A stretch of 64,000 bases of DNA from a virus (Duplodnaviria > Caudoviricetes): the IMG/VR virus record IMGVR_UViG_3300042992_001693, positions 23,177 to 87,176 of that record; one strand, written 5' to 3'. Of this stretch, positions 1-8,200 are shown piece by piece; positions within the stretch are counted from its first letter, which is position 1, and each line of letters opens with the position of its first letter. The notes under the pieces are model-generated. The model made no database searches and had not been told where the DNA came from. It saw nothing but the letters and a program-made list of their open reading frames with translations. The position numbers and the translations under genes were made by a program.

Positions 1-587
1 TTCTCGTGTCTTTTTTTAAGTTTGTCGTTATAGTTATTAGGATCTAAGTAAAAATCTAATGAATGCAATTGTGTTGATGAAAGTTTTCTAAGAGCTGGAG
101 AGTATGGAGATTTACTATTTTTAGTCCATGATCTTAATTTTTCAACAGTATGATAAAAGAATAGATAGCAGTTTGCGCCTCGTGTGTAGTTATCGACATC
201 AATATCAAGTTTATATTTTTTGATAGTTTGAAGTGCAATACACTCACAATGCCATTCCAATTCTATAGCATCCTTTACTGCCTGAGATACTATCTTTTTA
301 GAGTATCTCTTACCATCAAGCCAGTTGAACAAAATGTCACATCCTTTCACTTTTGAATTAAAGAATTTACGATGATGTTTCCATTGTAAGTAATGAGAAT
401 ATTCATGCACAAATATTTCAAATGCACAGTCGCGTTTCATTGCGACTACAAATTCTTTTTGATCTTTATTATCATCAAACCAACCACCATATTTACCATC
501 TATAGCTCTTGTCATAATAAGCTTTATTGAAAAGCCGTCATCGAGCAATTCATTTACTGCTTTTGCTATAAAGGTATTTTTATCCAT
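1..587 (-). CDS. HExxH putative zinc metallopeptidase-like protein, 3' end runs off the window (not in ORF track)
   Basis: Manual translation from ATG at 587: MDKNTFIAKAVNELLDDGF...FEIFVHEYSHYLQW...IELEWHCE...; frame open to position 1; HEYSH fits HExxH and is followed by a distal Glu. Confidence 0.6.
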   Translation of the reverse strand, partial: MDKNTFIAKAVNELLDDGFSIKLIMTRAIDGKYGGWFDDNKDQKEFVVAMKRDCAFEIFVHEYSHYLQWKHHRKFFNSKVKGCDILFNWLDGKRYSKKIVSQAVKDAIELEWHCECIALQTIKKYKLDIDVDNYTRGANCYLFFYHTVEKLRSWTKNSKSPYSPALRKLSSTQLHSLDFYLDPNNYNDKLKKRHE

Positions 588-602
588 ATTCTAAGAATGG
601 TT

Positions 603-1010
603 TTATTCTTGTATATTACTTAAATATTCTGCGTAATAGACCCTATTATAATTACGTTTTCTAGAGTTTTCTGTTTCTTGTGCAATTTTTAGTGGTTCAG
701 TAATATACTCACGTACTCTAAAACTTCCAACATTATCATAGGTCCATAGCATATTTTTTCCAATTGGATACATATACGCTACTACCGCATGACCATAATC
801 CTTTCCATCAATATTACTCTTATAACGATAAAGAAGAACCTCACTCCATTTTACTTTTTTACCAAGTGATTCTTTAAATGTGATAGCAGTTGGCAAGCAT
901 GAATTTGGCATTGATTGCATCACTTTCCATTCTGGGTTTTGAGGAGTACGTGTAAATATTTCGCATGAAGCTAATAAACAAGTGAAAGTAATTATTAATA
1001 TTGTTTTCAT
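603..1010 (-). CDS. Putative lipoprotein with transglutaminase/papain-like Cys-His-Asp motifs
   Basis: Signal and lipobox MKTILIITFTCLLAS|C; NSCLPTA, GHAVVAY, WTYDN. Confidence 0.5.
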   Translation of the reverse strand: MKTILIITFTCLLASCEIFTRTPQNPEWKVMQSMPNSCLPTAITFKESLGKKVKWSEVLLYRYKSNIDGKDYGHAVVAYMYPIGKNMLWTYDNVGSFRVREYITEPLKIAQETENSRKRNYNRVYYAEYLSNIQE

Positions 1011-1022
1011 AATTTTATATAT

Positions 1023-1838
1023 CTATATATCTTCTTTACACGGTTTATAACCTGCTTTCTGCGCTTCCTCATCACACAATGTAGTATACCACGATCCGCG
1101 CTTGCATAGTTGTCCACACTTTCCAGTATATTGGCAAGTAAGTGAAGAAAGATGTTCGGCATAACGAACCATACCTTTTACAACATCATTGCCACCATCA
1201 TAATAGACACGTAGAGTGCCAAACTTTTCTTTGTATTGAGCAATCGTTACAGAAGGTGGAGAGACTCCAATATAAAGATCTAGACGATTAAAAAGAATTT
1301 TATCAATTGTACTTACAATATTACGAATACGTGCAGCAAAAGTTTTGTTAATTTTCTCTCTCTCTTCATTACTTGGAGAAGCAAACTTTGCACCTTTGGG
1401 CAGTCGCTTTTCAAAATCTCTATATGGATTGAACTTTCTATAAATTGGATCTCTTACATATTTCCAATATAGTTGACGAAACTTTAGACGAAGCCTTTGC
1501 TTAGGATTAATTTCAGTATGCTTATGGTGCGACACATAGTCATCAATACACCCAAACAATGAATCGACAATGCTCATCCATCCAATTGGACAATCATTCC
1601 AACAACGTTGACTTTGTGGCAATAACTCTCCATTCTCATTAGTTGGAAACAAACGAGGATATTTTTTAAAGAGATACTCTTCAAATATATCACCATCCTC
1701 TATTTCACTTAGAATATGTTCTTTTAATTCTTCTACTGATTTATATTTCATATTTGTATGTTTATCACATGGACCGTCATTATAGCCATGACTTGCTAAA
1801 GCATCGCACTCTAGACAACTTTGGATGTTCATGTCCAC
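1023..1838 (-). CDS. Conserved phage hypothetical protein
   Basis: 271 aa; motifs PIGW, QYKEKFGTLRVYY and AEHLSSLTCQYTG recalled from phage hypotheticals. Confidence 0.6.
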   Translation of the reverse strand: MDMNIQSCLECDALASHGYNDGPCDKHTNMKYKSVEELKEHILSEIEDGDIFEEYLFKKYPRLFPTNENGELLPQSQRCWNDCPIGWMSIVDSLFGCIDDYVSHHKHTEINPKQRLRLKFRQLYWKYVRDPIYRKFNPYRDFEKRLPKGAKFASPSNEEREKINKTFAARIRNIVSTIDKILFNRLDLYIGVSPPSVTIAQYKEKFGTLRVYYDGGNDVVKGMVRYAEHLSSLTCQYTGKCGQLCKRGSWYTTLCDEEAQKAGYKPCKEDI

Positions 1839-2419
1839 ATTTTTTGATAGTGTTTAACGATAGTGTTCATAGCCCACATATCTTTTTCTTCAATTAGCGC
1901 TTCAAGACGACGAACCTCAGCATATGCTTCTTTATATGGCATACCATAAAGCTCTTCACAACTTCTCATTGTGCAATTGCCATTTTCCTCTTTAATGAAA
2001 AGATCATTGATTGCTTTTGAACTTGGTGTTGGATATGAAACTTCAAGATGTAGTTCAAGTCCTGGTCGCTCGGTTTTAATATAATTATAAACCTCACGAA
2101 GTTCATTATCAGTATTTTTAACACTATCAACATACTCTTGTGAGATATATCCCTTTTCAAGATCTTCAGTCCAATCAGTATGATCTTGAAGACCTTTTTC
2201 GTCTTCTACATAGTGTATTAGACAAGCAAAAAGCAAGTGTGGAATAAGCGTTACCTTGTCACACCATGTATTTGGAATAGTTTTTGTCAACCACTTTTGA
2301 CGTGGATTAAAAAATGCAGATATTCTGTATCTCACATCCCACCAAAAAAAGCTGTTAAACAGCAATGATGGGTGTTTAAAGACTCTCAAAACGTTAGTTG
2401 TATATGTATCCATTATCAT
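1829..2419 (-). CDS. Hypothetical protein
   Basis: 196-aa ORF in a tightly packed minus-strand run. Confidence 0.6.
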   Translation of the reverse strand: MIMDTYTTNVLRVFKHPSLLFNSFFWWDVRYRISAFFNPRQKWLTKTIPNTWCDKVTLIPHLLFACLIHYVEDEKGLQDHTDWTEDLEKGYISQEYVDSVKNTDNELREVYNYIKTERPGLELHLEVSYPTPSSKAINDLFIKEENGNCTMRSCEELYGMPYKEAYAEVRRLEALIEEKDMWAMNTIVKHYQKMWT

Positions 2420-2420
2420 A

Positions 2421-2744
2421 TTAGTATTCTTCTTTCCAAGTATCGTGTAGATTATATCTCAGCATACGATGAGATGCAAGTAAAAAATTAATTGGATCTT
2501 GTACACCAATGTTTCCATTATTACATTCTTCTACAATATATGCCGTTACCGCTTCTTCTAGTGCAAAGAGACGATGCGCTTCATTAACATAACGAGTAAT
2601 TTTATCTGGCAATGCTGAATAAGAAAGATCTTCACCAGCGATTGGCACTCGCTCATAGATATCAAACAGCAGTTGACGCACTTCTGCTTCAGTGAGGTCA
2701 GATACAAATTCAATTGTAGTTTTCATCTCTAAATAGTCTATCAA
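2421..2744 (-). CDS. Hypothetical protein
   Basis: 107-aa ORF; true start may be the downstream MKTTIEF. Confidence 0.55.
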   Translation of the reverse strand: MIDYLEMKTTIEFVSDLTEAEVRQLLFDIYERVPIAGEDLSYSALPDKITRYVNEAHRLFALEEAVTAYIVEECNNGNIGVQDPINFLLASHRMLRYNLHDTWKEEY

Positions 2745-2904
2745 TCTTTTCTAAATTGTCAACTATAGAATCTTGTGACATTGTAATGTTTCGTGCAATA
2801 TACATGCGATTACAGATATCTTTTAGAATCATAAGTTGAGTCAAAGAATCATATTTGTCGATTCTTTTTAAATCTTTTTTATCGGGTACAGTTGTCATAA
2901 TCAT
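2710..2904 (-). CDS. Hypothetical protein
   Basis: 64 aa; start lies inside the 16-bp junction repeat. Confidence 0.55.
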   Translation of the reverse strand: MIMTTVPDKKDLKRIDKYDSLTQLMILKDICNRMYIARNITMSQDSIVDNLEKIDRLFRDENYN

Positions 2905-3260
2905 ATTTTATCAGAGTTCCATTTCTCAATTGTTTTTAGAAATGCTTCAGCACGTTGGCGCGAGGTTGCGTGACATACAGAAAATCTACATGGTAGAGGA
3001 TTTTCTAATCCGTCATTATTTTTAAATGTCACATCACAAAGCTCATCCTCAAAAAGTTCAGCTTGCTCAAAATCTAATGTTGCCTCCGCTTCATGCATTG
3101 CATTGAGGTCATTGCAATAGTCAGGGATTTCTTCATCAAATGTATGGTGTTTATATCCAACCACCACCCTTATAGTACCTTCGGTTACACCTATTGTCAC
3201 ATTTTTGTATCCACACGCTTCTGCAATTGCGATGTTGATTTGTTCGTCTGTCATAATCAT
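2901..3260 (-). CDS. Phage hypothetical protein, paralogue 1 (possibly phage ABA-sandwich/DUF2591-like)
   Basis: QINIAIAEACG...PDYCNDLNAMHEAE...AT.RQRAEAFLKTIEKWNSDKI shared with the adjacent ORF. Confidence 0.7.
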   Translation of the reverse strand: MIMTDEQINIAIAEACGYKNVTIGVTEGTIRVVVGYKHHTFDEEIPDYCNDLNAMHEAEATLDFEQAELFEDELCDVTFKNNDGLENPLPCRFSVCHATSRQRAEAFLKTIEKWNSDKI

Positions 3261-3616
3261 ATTTTATCTGAGTTCCATTTCTTAATTGTTTTTAGAAATG
3301 CTTCAGCACGTTGGGCTGCGGTTGCACAAAAAAGATCAGGATACATTCCAGCTTCGGGACTCTCGATGTAACACATTTCCATACTTGTTTTAGGTAAGGT
3401 AATCCTATCGAGTTTATTTCCGTAGTTGTAAAGTTGTTCTTTTGTCAGCATCTTCTCCGCTTCGTGCATTGCGTTGAGGTCATTGAGGTAGTTGGGGAAC
3501 TCTGGCTCCTTTGACCACCAGAAGGAGCCGTCTGGAGCATGAGTTTCGTTTTTCTCGTATTTCCATCCACACGCTTTCGCAATTGATATGTTGATTTGTT
3601 CGTTTGTCATAATCAT
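3257..3616 (-). CDS. Phage hypothetical protein, paralogue 2
   Basis: QINISIAKACG...PNYLNDLNAMHEAE...ATAAQRAEAFLKTIKKWNSDKI. Confidence 0.7.
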   Translation of the reverse strand: MIMTNEQINISIAKACGWKYEKNETHAPDGSFWWSKEPEFPNYLNDLNAMHEAEKMLTKEQLYNYGNKLDRITLPKTSMEMCYIESPEAGMYPDLFCATAAQRAEAFLKTIKKWNSDKI

Positions 3617-3619
3617 ATT

Positions 3620-3778
3620 TTATTGTTTTTTCCAAACCCAACGCTTTGGTTTCTTTGATTCCAAATACGCTTCACGATCTCTGTCAGCTTGGCAACCTTG
3701 TGGTCCTCTGCAAGCACTTCTCAAAACTCCGTATTTTAAACACGAGCATTCATAAGTGACTTTAGGTTTTTTATTCAT
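3620..3778 (-). CDS. Small Cys-containing basic protein (52 aa, not in track)
   Basis: MNKKPKVTYECSCLKYGVLRSACRGPQGCQADRDREAYLESKKPKRWVWKKQ*; preceded by TAAAAT; fills the gap exactly. Confidence 0.55.
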   Translation of the reverse strand: MNKKPKVTYECSCLKYGVLRSACRGPQGCQADRDREAYLESKKPKRWVWKKQ

Positions 3779-3795
3779 ATTTTATTAGAGTTCAA

Positions 3796-3990
3796 TTACT
3801 GATAATCATTTAACCAAAAGAAGTCATAATCTCGATCATTGCGAATTACCACAAACTCTGAAGCGCCTCGTTCGTATACTGAGGCAATTGACTTCTTGAT
3901 ATACTCCAATGACTCGTCAAATGCCATTTCATGCAATTTATGATTGCAATCTCTGTATTCAATAATTGTATCCGAATCATTCATAATCAT
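3796..3990 (-). CDS. Hypothetical protein
   Basis: 64 aa; start lies inside the 16-bp junction repeat. Confidence 0.55.
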   Translation of the reverse strand: MIMNDSDTIIEYRDCNHKLHEMAFDESLEYIKKSIASVYERGASEFVVIRNDRDYDFFWLNDYQ

Positions 3991-3993
3991 ATT

Positions 3994-4173
3994 TTACTTT
4001 TGTTCCTTCCATTGCCATTCTACTGATCCGCTGTTATCGACTTTCCATTCTGCATAGCCACGTTCTATAGCTTGTTTTTTGAGCGTGTCTCTTTGCCACA
4101 ATGCAGCAAATGCTAGAATAATTGCACAAAAAAACATTACAGCTAAAAATATAAAAGGTCTTGTATCACTCAT
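3994..4173 (-). CDS. Small single-TM membrane protein (59 aa, not in track)
   Basis: MSDTRPFIFLAVMFFCAIILAFAALWQRDTLKKQAIERGYAEWKVD...*; its TAA is part of the junction repeat. Confidence 0.6.
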   Translation of the reverse strand: MSDTRPFIFLAVMFFCAIILAFAALWQRDTLKKQAIERGYAEWKVDNSGSVEWQWKEQK

Positions 4174-4174
4174 A

Positions 4175-4330
4175 TTACCAGTGTCGTATTGTATTTGCCA
4201 TAATGAAAAAGCAGGTAATCAAATTCACAATCCAAAAAATTGTTCTTACTATTGCAGCGGCATCAGACTCACGATCATTGTCGCTAATCTTTGATCCCAT
4301 TGCTTTAGCCCATATTCTCCATAACTTCAT
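4175..4330 (-). CDS. Small conserved phage membrane protein (51 aa, not in track)
   Basis: MKLWRIWAKAMGSKISDNDRESDAAAIVRTIFWIVNLITCFFIMANTIRHW*; resembles a WAKALG-type family recalled from T4-like phages. Confidence 0.65.
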   Translation of the reverse strand: MKLWRIWAKAMGSKISDNDRESDAAAIVRTIFWIVNLITCFFIMANTIRHW

Positions 4331-4331
4331 A

Positions 4332-4556
4332 TCAGCAAAGATTTCTCAATCCGTCTTGTTTAATTTCTTTTAATTCTTGCAACAGTTGCTGTGCTTTTTT
4401 TTCTAATGCTTCACGACAATAGTTGTATGTGCCGTCTGGTCGTTTACCATTCGACACAAGCGCAACAAACTCACGGAGTTTCATAGTTTCAAGCATATGG
4501 TAAATTTCAAGTGGACTTAGGTTGTTCATATCATCATTATACCAAAGTTCCTTCAA
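4332..4556 (-). CDS. Hypothetical protein
   Basis: 74-aa ORF abutting its neighbours. Confidence 0.55.
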   Translation of the reverse strand: MKELWYNDDMNNLSPLEIYHMLETMKLREFVALVSNGKRPDGTYNYCREALEKKAQQLLQELKEIKQDGLRNLC

Positions 4557-4566
4557 ATGTAAATAC

Positions 4567-5235
4567 TTAAATGTATCTTAATTTAAATTCACCATCGGAA
4601 TAAATTTCCACATAAGAACATTGATGGTCGCAAAAAGATCCAGAGTTTATGTAAACGCATGTTTCAAATTGTTTTATTTCAGCATGATGTGTATGACCAG
4701 CAAGCAAGACATGATATTTCTTTCCATGTTTGTCTGCAAATTTTCGAGATACAATATCTTTGGCATCAATCCAAGATTTACTCAATCGTTTTAAAAACCT
4801 TGATGTTTTGTGAGATCTATCACATTTTTGAATCCAATAATAGAGTCCAGTAAAAAACCATGTTAAAAATGGTCGGTGTTTAATCCAGTAATCATACTTG
4901 TCACCATGTTCAAAAAAGAATCTTTTGTTATTGATTGTAGTCGCGTAATTTTCGAGAAGCTCCATTCCAGTAATCGCACTTAAAAATTCAGCATTGCTGT
5001 CATGATTCCCCTTGACAAGAACTACGTTATGACTCTTTGAAAGTTTGCGTATTTTTCCAAGAATTTTCCAGTCACGTTTATCATAACGTTTAAATGAATA
5101 GTTATCAAACAAATCGCCATTAATTATAAGTGTATTAAATTTTAAGTTTAGCACCCGTAAGACTTTTTCTTTTTGACTTACATCAGTACCTAAATGAATA
5201 TCACTTATAACTAAAACTTCGATCATAGTTCCCAA
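4567..5235 (-). CDS. Calcineurin-like metallophosphoesterase, UDP-2,3-diacylglucosamine hydrolase (LpxH/COG2908)-like
   Basis: Motifs ISDIHLG, NGDLFD, GNHD, FEHGD, GHTH. Confidence 0.75.
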   Translation of the reverse strand: MGTMIEVLVISDIHLGTDVSQKEKVLRVLNLKFNTLIINGDLFDNYSFKRYDKRDWKILGKIRKLSKSHNVVLVKGNHDSNAEFLSAITGMELLENYATTINNKRFFFEHGDKYDYWIKHRPFLTWFFTGLYYWIQKCDRSHKTSRFLKRLSKSWIDAKDIVSRKFADKHGKKYHVLLAGHTHHAEIKQFETCVYINSGSFCDHQCSYVEIYSDGEFKLRYI

Positions 5236-5510
5236 TATCTCCTGTGTACACTATCACCACACTGCTCGCAGTCATGCTCGTCAGTTTCCCAATTGTCTGG
5301 TTGAAAGCATTGAATCAAATCGTCGAGACTTACAGTGTGTTGTTTTAATTCTTTTTTAAACTGCTCACAAAGATAGTCTACAAACTCGTCAGTTTCTTCA
5401 TCGGTAAGACAGGTTGGTTCATACTCACCACCAACAACTTTGTCATTGATTTCAGTACAGAATGTCGTACATCCTTCGCTAATTGTAATTTTATATTTCA
5501 TTTGTCCCAA
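5223..5510 (-). CDS. Hypothetical protein with C-terminal CxxC
   Basis: CEQCGD; likely true start MKYKIT at 5501 (ATGA overlap). Confidence 0.55.
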   Translation of the reverse strand: MGQMKYKITISEGCTTFCTEINDKVVGGEYEPTCLTDEETDEFVDYLCEQFKKELKQHTVSLDDLIQCFQPDNWETDEHDCEQCGDSVHRRYWEL

Positions 5511-5662
5511 GAATAGCCAAAAAAGTTATGAATTGAAAACCAACCATATTTCAGTTTGGTTTGACGATGATAATCATTATAAGAAATCTTTGGTAAAAAA
5601 TTATCTCTTTCTAATTGTAAATGCCAATAAATAAATCGAATGTTAATTAGTGTGTTGTCCAT
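5498..5662 (-). CDS. Small hypothetical protein (54 aa, not in track)
   Basis: MDNTLINIRFIYWHLQL...GYSWDK*; TAAAAT before ATG; ATGA overlap with the next gene. Confidence 0.5.
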   Translation of the reverse strand: MDNTLINIRFIYWHLQLERDNFLPKISYNDYHRQTKLKYGWFSIHNFFGYSWDK

Positions 5663-5672
5663 ATTTTATATT

Positions 5673-6053
5673 TCATTTTAATAATTCTGGATTTTCAAAA
5701 ATATTTCCAACTACTTCAATATCATCCTCCCCCCAAATTCCCCGAATATCATTTTTATTAATCCAAGTTAAAAAACACCCTTCATCAAAAATCACTTTGC
5801 CGACAAAGTTTTCATTTTCGTATTGGTCAGATGTCGCTTTTACAATATCTCCCTCATAAATCTCATCACCGTTTTTATCTTTGAGTCCAGTGTATTGTTG
5901 AGGAGTTATATCATCGAATGGAGCAATATCAACATAATTGCATTCCCCCTGACAATCATATGTCACCATATCATCTATAAAATTGATTGCTTTTAAATAG
6001 ACAAATCTTTTTTCTTTTTTGTGCCAATAGCGAAATTTAATTTCTCTGCTCAT
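5673..6053 (-). CDS. yopX: YopX family protein
   Basis: REIKFRYW...QYTGLKDKNGDEIYEGDIV...EVVGNIFENPELL. Confidence 0.85.
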   Translation of the reverse strand: MSREIKFRYWHKKEKRFVYLKAINFIDDMVTYDCQGECNYVDIAPFDDITPQQYTGLKDKNGDEIYEGDIVKATSDQYENENFVGKVIFDEGCFLTWINKNDIRGIWGEDDIEVVGNIFENPELLK

Positions 6054-6568
6054 AGTCTCGCTTTGATAAACTCTACAACATCTTCAAAGAAATATTCGTC
6101 ATCATCATTCAAGCCATAATACTCTCTTGTTTGATAGTAGTTTTTAGTGACGATGCCCATCATGTCCATCTTGTTGTAATTATAGCGAGGTGGAAGATTA
6201 TCAATCAATACATTGTCTTTGTCTGCGATAGGCATTGGAAGTGTGCCTTCGCCACCATAACCATGTGAAATGCTATACTGCTGAATGTCTTCGCGTGTGT
6301 AGATGTGATCGTTATCTAAACCAAACTCACCAAGTCGATTTAATTCGTGAGCATAGTCACGAGTAGCGCTTGTAAGAATATAAACGTTTTCTTTGCCTAC
6401 GACACTGTTGTAGTATTCAAAGAGTCGCTTTGCGCACGGACGAATCATCGTACGATAGGTATGCATGTCTTCACTGAGTATAAACTCAACATACTCGCTA
6501 GGCGGCACGCTGTTTGCATATGTATGCAAGATACACTCATCTAAATCTTGGAATATTCTTTTAATCAT
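6050..6568 (-). CDS. HAD-superfamily (NIF/FCP1-like) phosphatase
   Basis: DLDECILHT (motif I), ILTSAT (motif II), LIDNLP (motif IV). Confidence 0.6.
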   Translation of the reverse strand: MIKRIFQDLDECILHTYANSVPPSEYVEFILSEDMHTYRTMIRPCAKRLFEYYNSVVGKENVYILTSATRDYAHELNRLGEFGLDNDHIYTREDIQQYSISHGYGGEGTLPMPIADKDNVLIDNLPPRYNYNKMDMMGIVTKNYYQTREYYGLNDDDEYFFEDVVEFIKARL

Positions 6569-6590
6569 AAATTAATCATCTAAAAATAAG

Positions 6591-6821
6591 TTATAGTTCG
6601 TAATCTCTAATCAAAAATGCTGGAGTTCTTTCCCCGACATAAGCACCTAATTGATTGAATTCATAATACTCAACAGCCTCTTCATAAGACATACCACCTT
6701 TTTGAAGTTTTTCAAGAACTAATTCTCTATCATATAGAATATAGGACTCTCCCCCAAATCTTTCAACAACTCCAATGATACAATCGTCGTATCCATCCAT
6801 CTTGAGTAAATCTTCGTCCAT
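6591..6821 (-). CDS. Conserved phage hypothetical protein
   Basis: DGYDDCIIGV...EEAVEYYEFNQLGAYVGERTP. Confidence 0.6.
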   Translation of the reverse strand: MDEDLLKMDGYDDCIIGVVERFGGESYILYDRELVLEKLQKGGMSYEEAVEYYEFNQLGAYVGERTPAFLIRDYEL

Positions 6822-7162
6822 TATTGGTCTTCTATTTTTTTGATAATAGCTTCAGTTCCTTGAATCATATCCACAACCTTATCATCTTCCATAACAAAAA
6901 GACGAGGAATTGATTTCACATTATTATCTTTAAAAAATTTAATGTCAACATCAGCATCTTTTATTTCAACTTTATCAAATAAATTTTTAGCTTTTAATTG
7001 AGATTTGATCATTTGGCACGGTCCGCACCATCCTGCACTTGCTAATATTAATTTACTCATTTGCTTTTTCTTTCTAAAAATAAAATCATAGTTTTCTCTT
7101 CCTTCTTTTGTCAGAGATTTTGATTTAATTTCATCTCCAGTAATTGGATTGGTTGTTGCCAT
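6821..7162 (-). CDS. trx: Thioredoxin (WCGPC) with a 34-aa N-terminal extension
   Basis: AGWCGPC active site and cis-Pro motif SIPRL; thioredoxin part begins at MSKLIL (7060). Confidence 0.8.
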   Translation of the reverse strand: MATTNPITGDEIKSKSLTKEGRENYDFIFRKKKQMSKLILASAGWCGPCQMIKSQLKAKNLFDKVEIKDADVDIKFFKDNNVKSIPRLFVMEDDKVVDMIQGTEAIIKKIEDQ

Positions 7163-7164
7163 AA

Positions 7165-7368
7165 TTATTCAAAAATTTCTCTTCTTACCTTGGTTGTATA
7201 TTCATCTTCAGAAGAGCAATTAAACACATAATCATAAAGCCAATCATTATCCCAACCAATCTCATCAGTCAACTCGGAATAAATAAGTTCTTGCGCTTCT
7301 TGAAGCTTAATTACCGCTTCTCTCGCTGCTTCTACTTTCGTCTGTTGTTCTTTGTTTAACTTCTTCAT
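7165..7368 (-). CDS. Hypothetical protein
   Basis: Track ORF 7165..7401; likely start MKKLNKEQ at 7368. Confidence 0.55.
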   Translation of the reverse strand: MKKLNKEQQTKVEAAREAVIKLQEAQELIYSELTDEIGWDNDWLYDYVFNCSSEDEYTTKVRREIFE

Positions 7369-7483
7369 ATCTTTCTTTTGATTGATTGTATGCAAGTGCA
7401 AGGTTTAATTTTTGTATTGTTTTTGGATTACACGGAAATGTTTTACCACGAAAGGTATATAGTTTTTCTTCTTCAGCTTTCAT
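7307..7483 (-). CDS. Possible small hypothetical protein (58 aa)
   Basis: MKAEEEKLYTFRGKTFPCNPKTIQKL...*; fills an otherwise empty gap but overlaps both neighbours. Confidence 0.3.
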   Translation of the reverse strand: MKAEEEKLYTFRGKTFPCNPKTIQKLNLALAYNQSKERYEEVKQRTTDESRSSERSGN

Positions 7484-8195
7484 ACCATCTATCTATTTTT
7501 TCTCTGTATTCTTTAATTAAAATTCTAATGTTGCTTAGAGCATGACCAAGATCATTTTCATCCATAATAGTCTCAGCAAGTTTACACTCACGATCAATAT
7601 TGTCAATAAGCTTTTGTTCAACTGTTGGATATTTTTTACGATTCTCTCTGAACTGCACTTCCATTTCTTTGCGTTGAGCTGCGACCTTTGCTTTACTTTC
7701 TGCAAGTTCTTCATCGGTTAATTTTTGCGGCTCTTCATGTTTAACTAACTCGATATCACCAACCAACTTACCATCTTTAAAAAGTGCAGAATATTCTATC
7801 CATCCACGGACGAACCTCATCCACTCATCGCTATTTCCAGCATGATCATCGAGTTCATGATATTCTGGATGACTATAGCTTTCATAGAAGTGAATGTTTC
7901 CGCTAAAACATTCTTTCTCATACCACTCTGCTTCGACTACAAAGTGACCCATCGCAGCTATCTTTTCACTAAACGGTGCATCGTCTGCAACCTTTTTACC
8001 CTCTTCCCAACGACCTTCAACCTGCTTAAACCATAATTGGCCATTCCCATCAATCCTGTAAGTTGACATTGCTTGGTTTGGTGTGTCCTTTGTTTGAAAG
8101 GCAATATCACTCACTTTATCTCCCCAAAGAGAGATAACTGCATCTGGCAACTCTGGTAGAGTTGTTCCTACTCTTATATAATCGTACATTCCCAT
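7473..8195 (-). CDS. Hypothetical protein
   Basis: Track ORF extends to 8273; likely start MGMYDY at 8195, directly after the stop of 8201..8365. Confidence 0.65.
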   Translation of the reverse strand: MGMYDYIRVGTTLPELPDAVISLWGDKVSDIAFQTKDTPNQAMSTYRIDGNGQLWFKQVEGRWEEGKKVADDAPFSEKIAAMGHFVVEAEWYEKECFSGNIHFYESYSHPEYHELDDHAGNSDEWMRFVRGWIEYSALFKDGKLVGDIELVKHEEPQKLTDEELAESKAKVAAQRKEMEVQFRENRKKYPTVEQKLIDNIDRECKLAETIMDENDLGHALSNIRILIKEYREKIDRWYES

Positions 8196-8200
8196 AATTT

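Larger units (their letters stand above)
2895..3996 (-). repeat. Four exact copies of a 16-bp gene-junction repeat TAAAATATGATTATGA (minus strand)
   Basis: tcataatcatatttta on + at 2895-2910, 3251-3266, 3607-3622 and 3981-3996; spacing 356/356/374 bp; each copy contains a gene start (MIM). Confidence 0.9.

Noticed and set aside
2895-3996. Regularly spaced direct repeats as a CRISPR array
   Set aside because: Repeats are 16 bp and the spacers are 340-358 bp of coding sequence; no cas genes
3093-6544. Short plus-strand ORFs in the accessory block (3093, 4079, 4161, 4659, 5440, 5650, 6347)
   Set aside because: All overlap better-supported minus-strand genes, including small ones found manually
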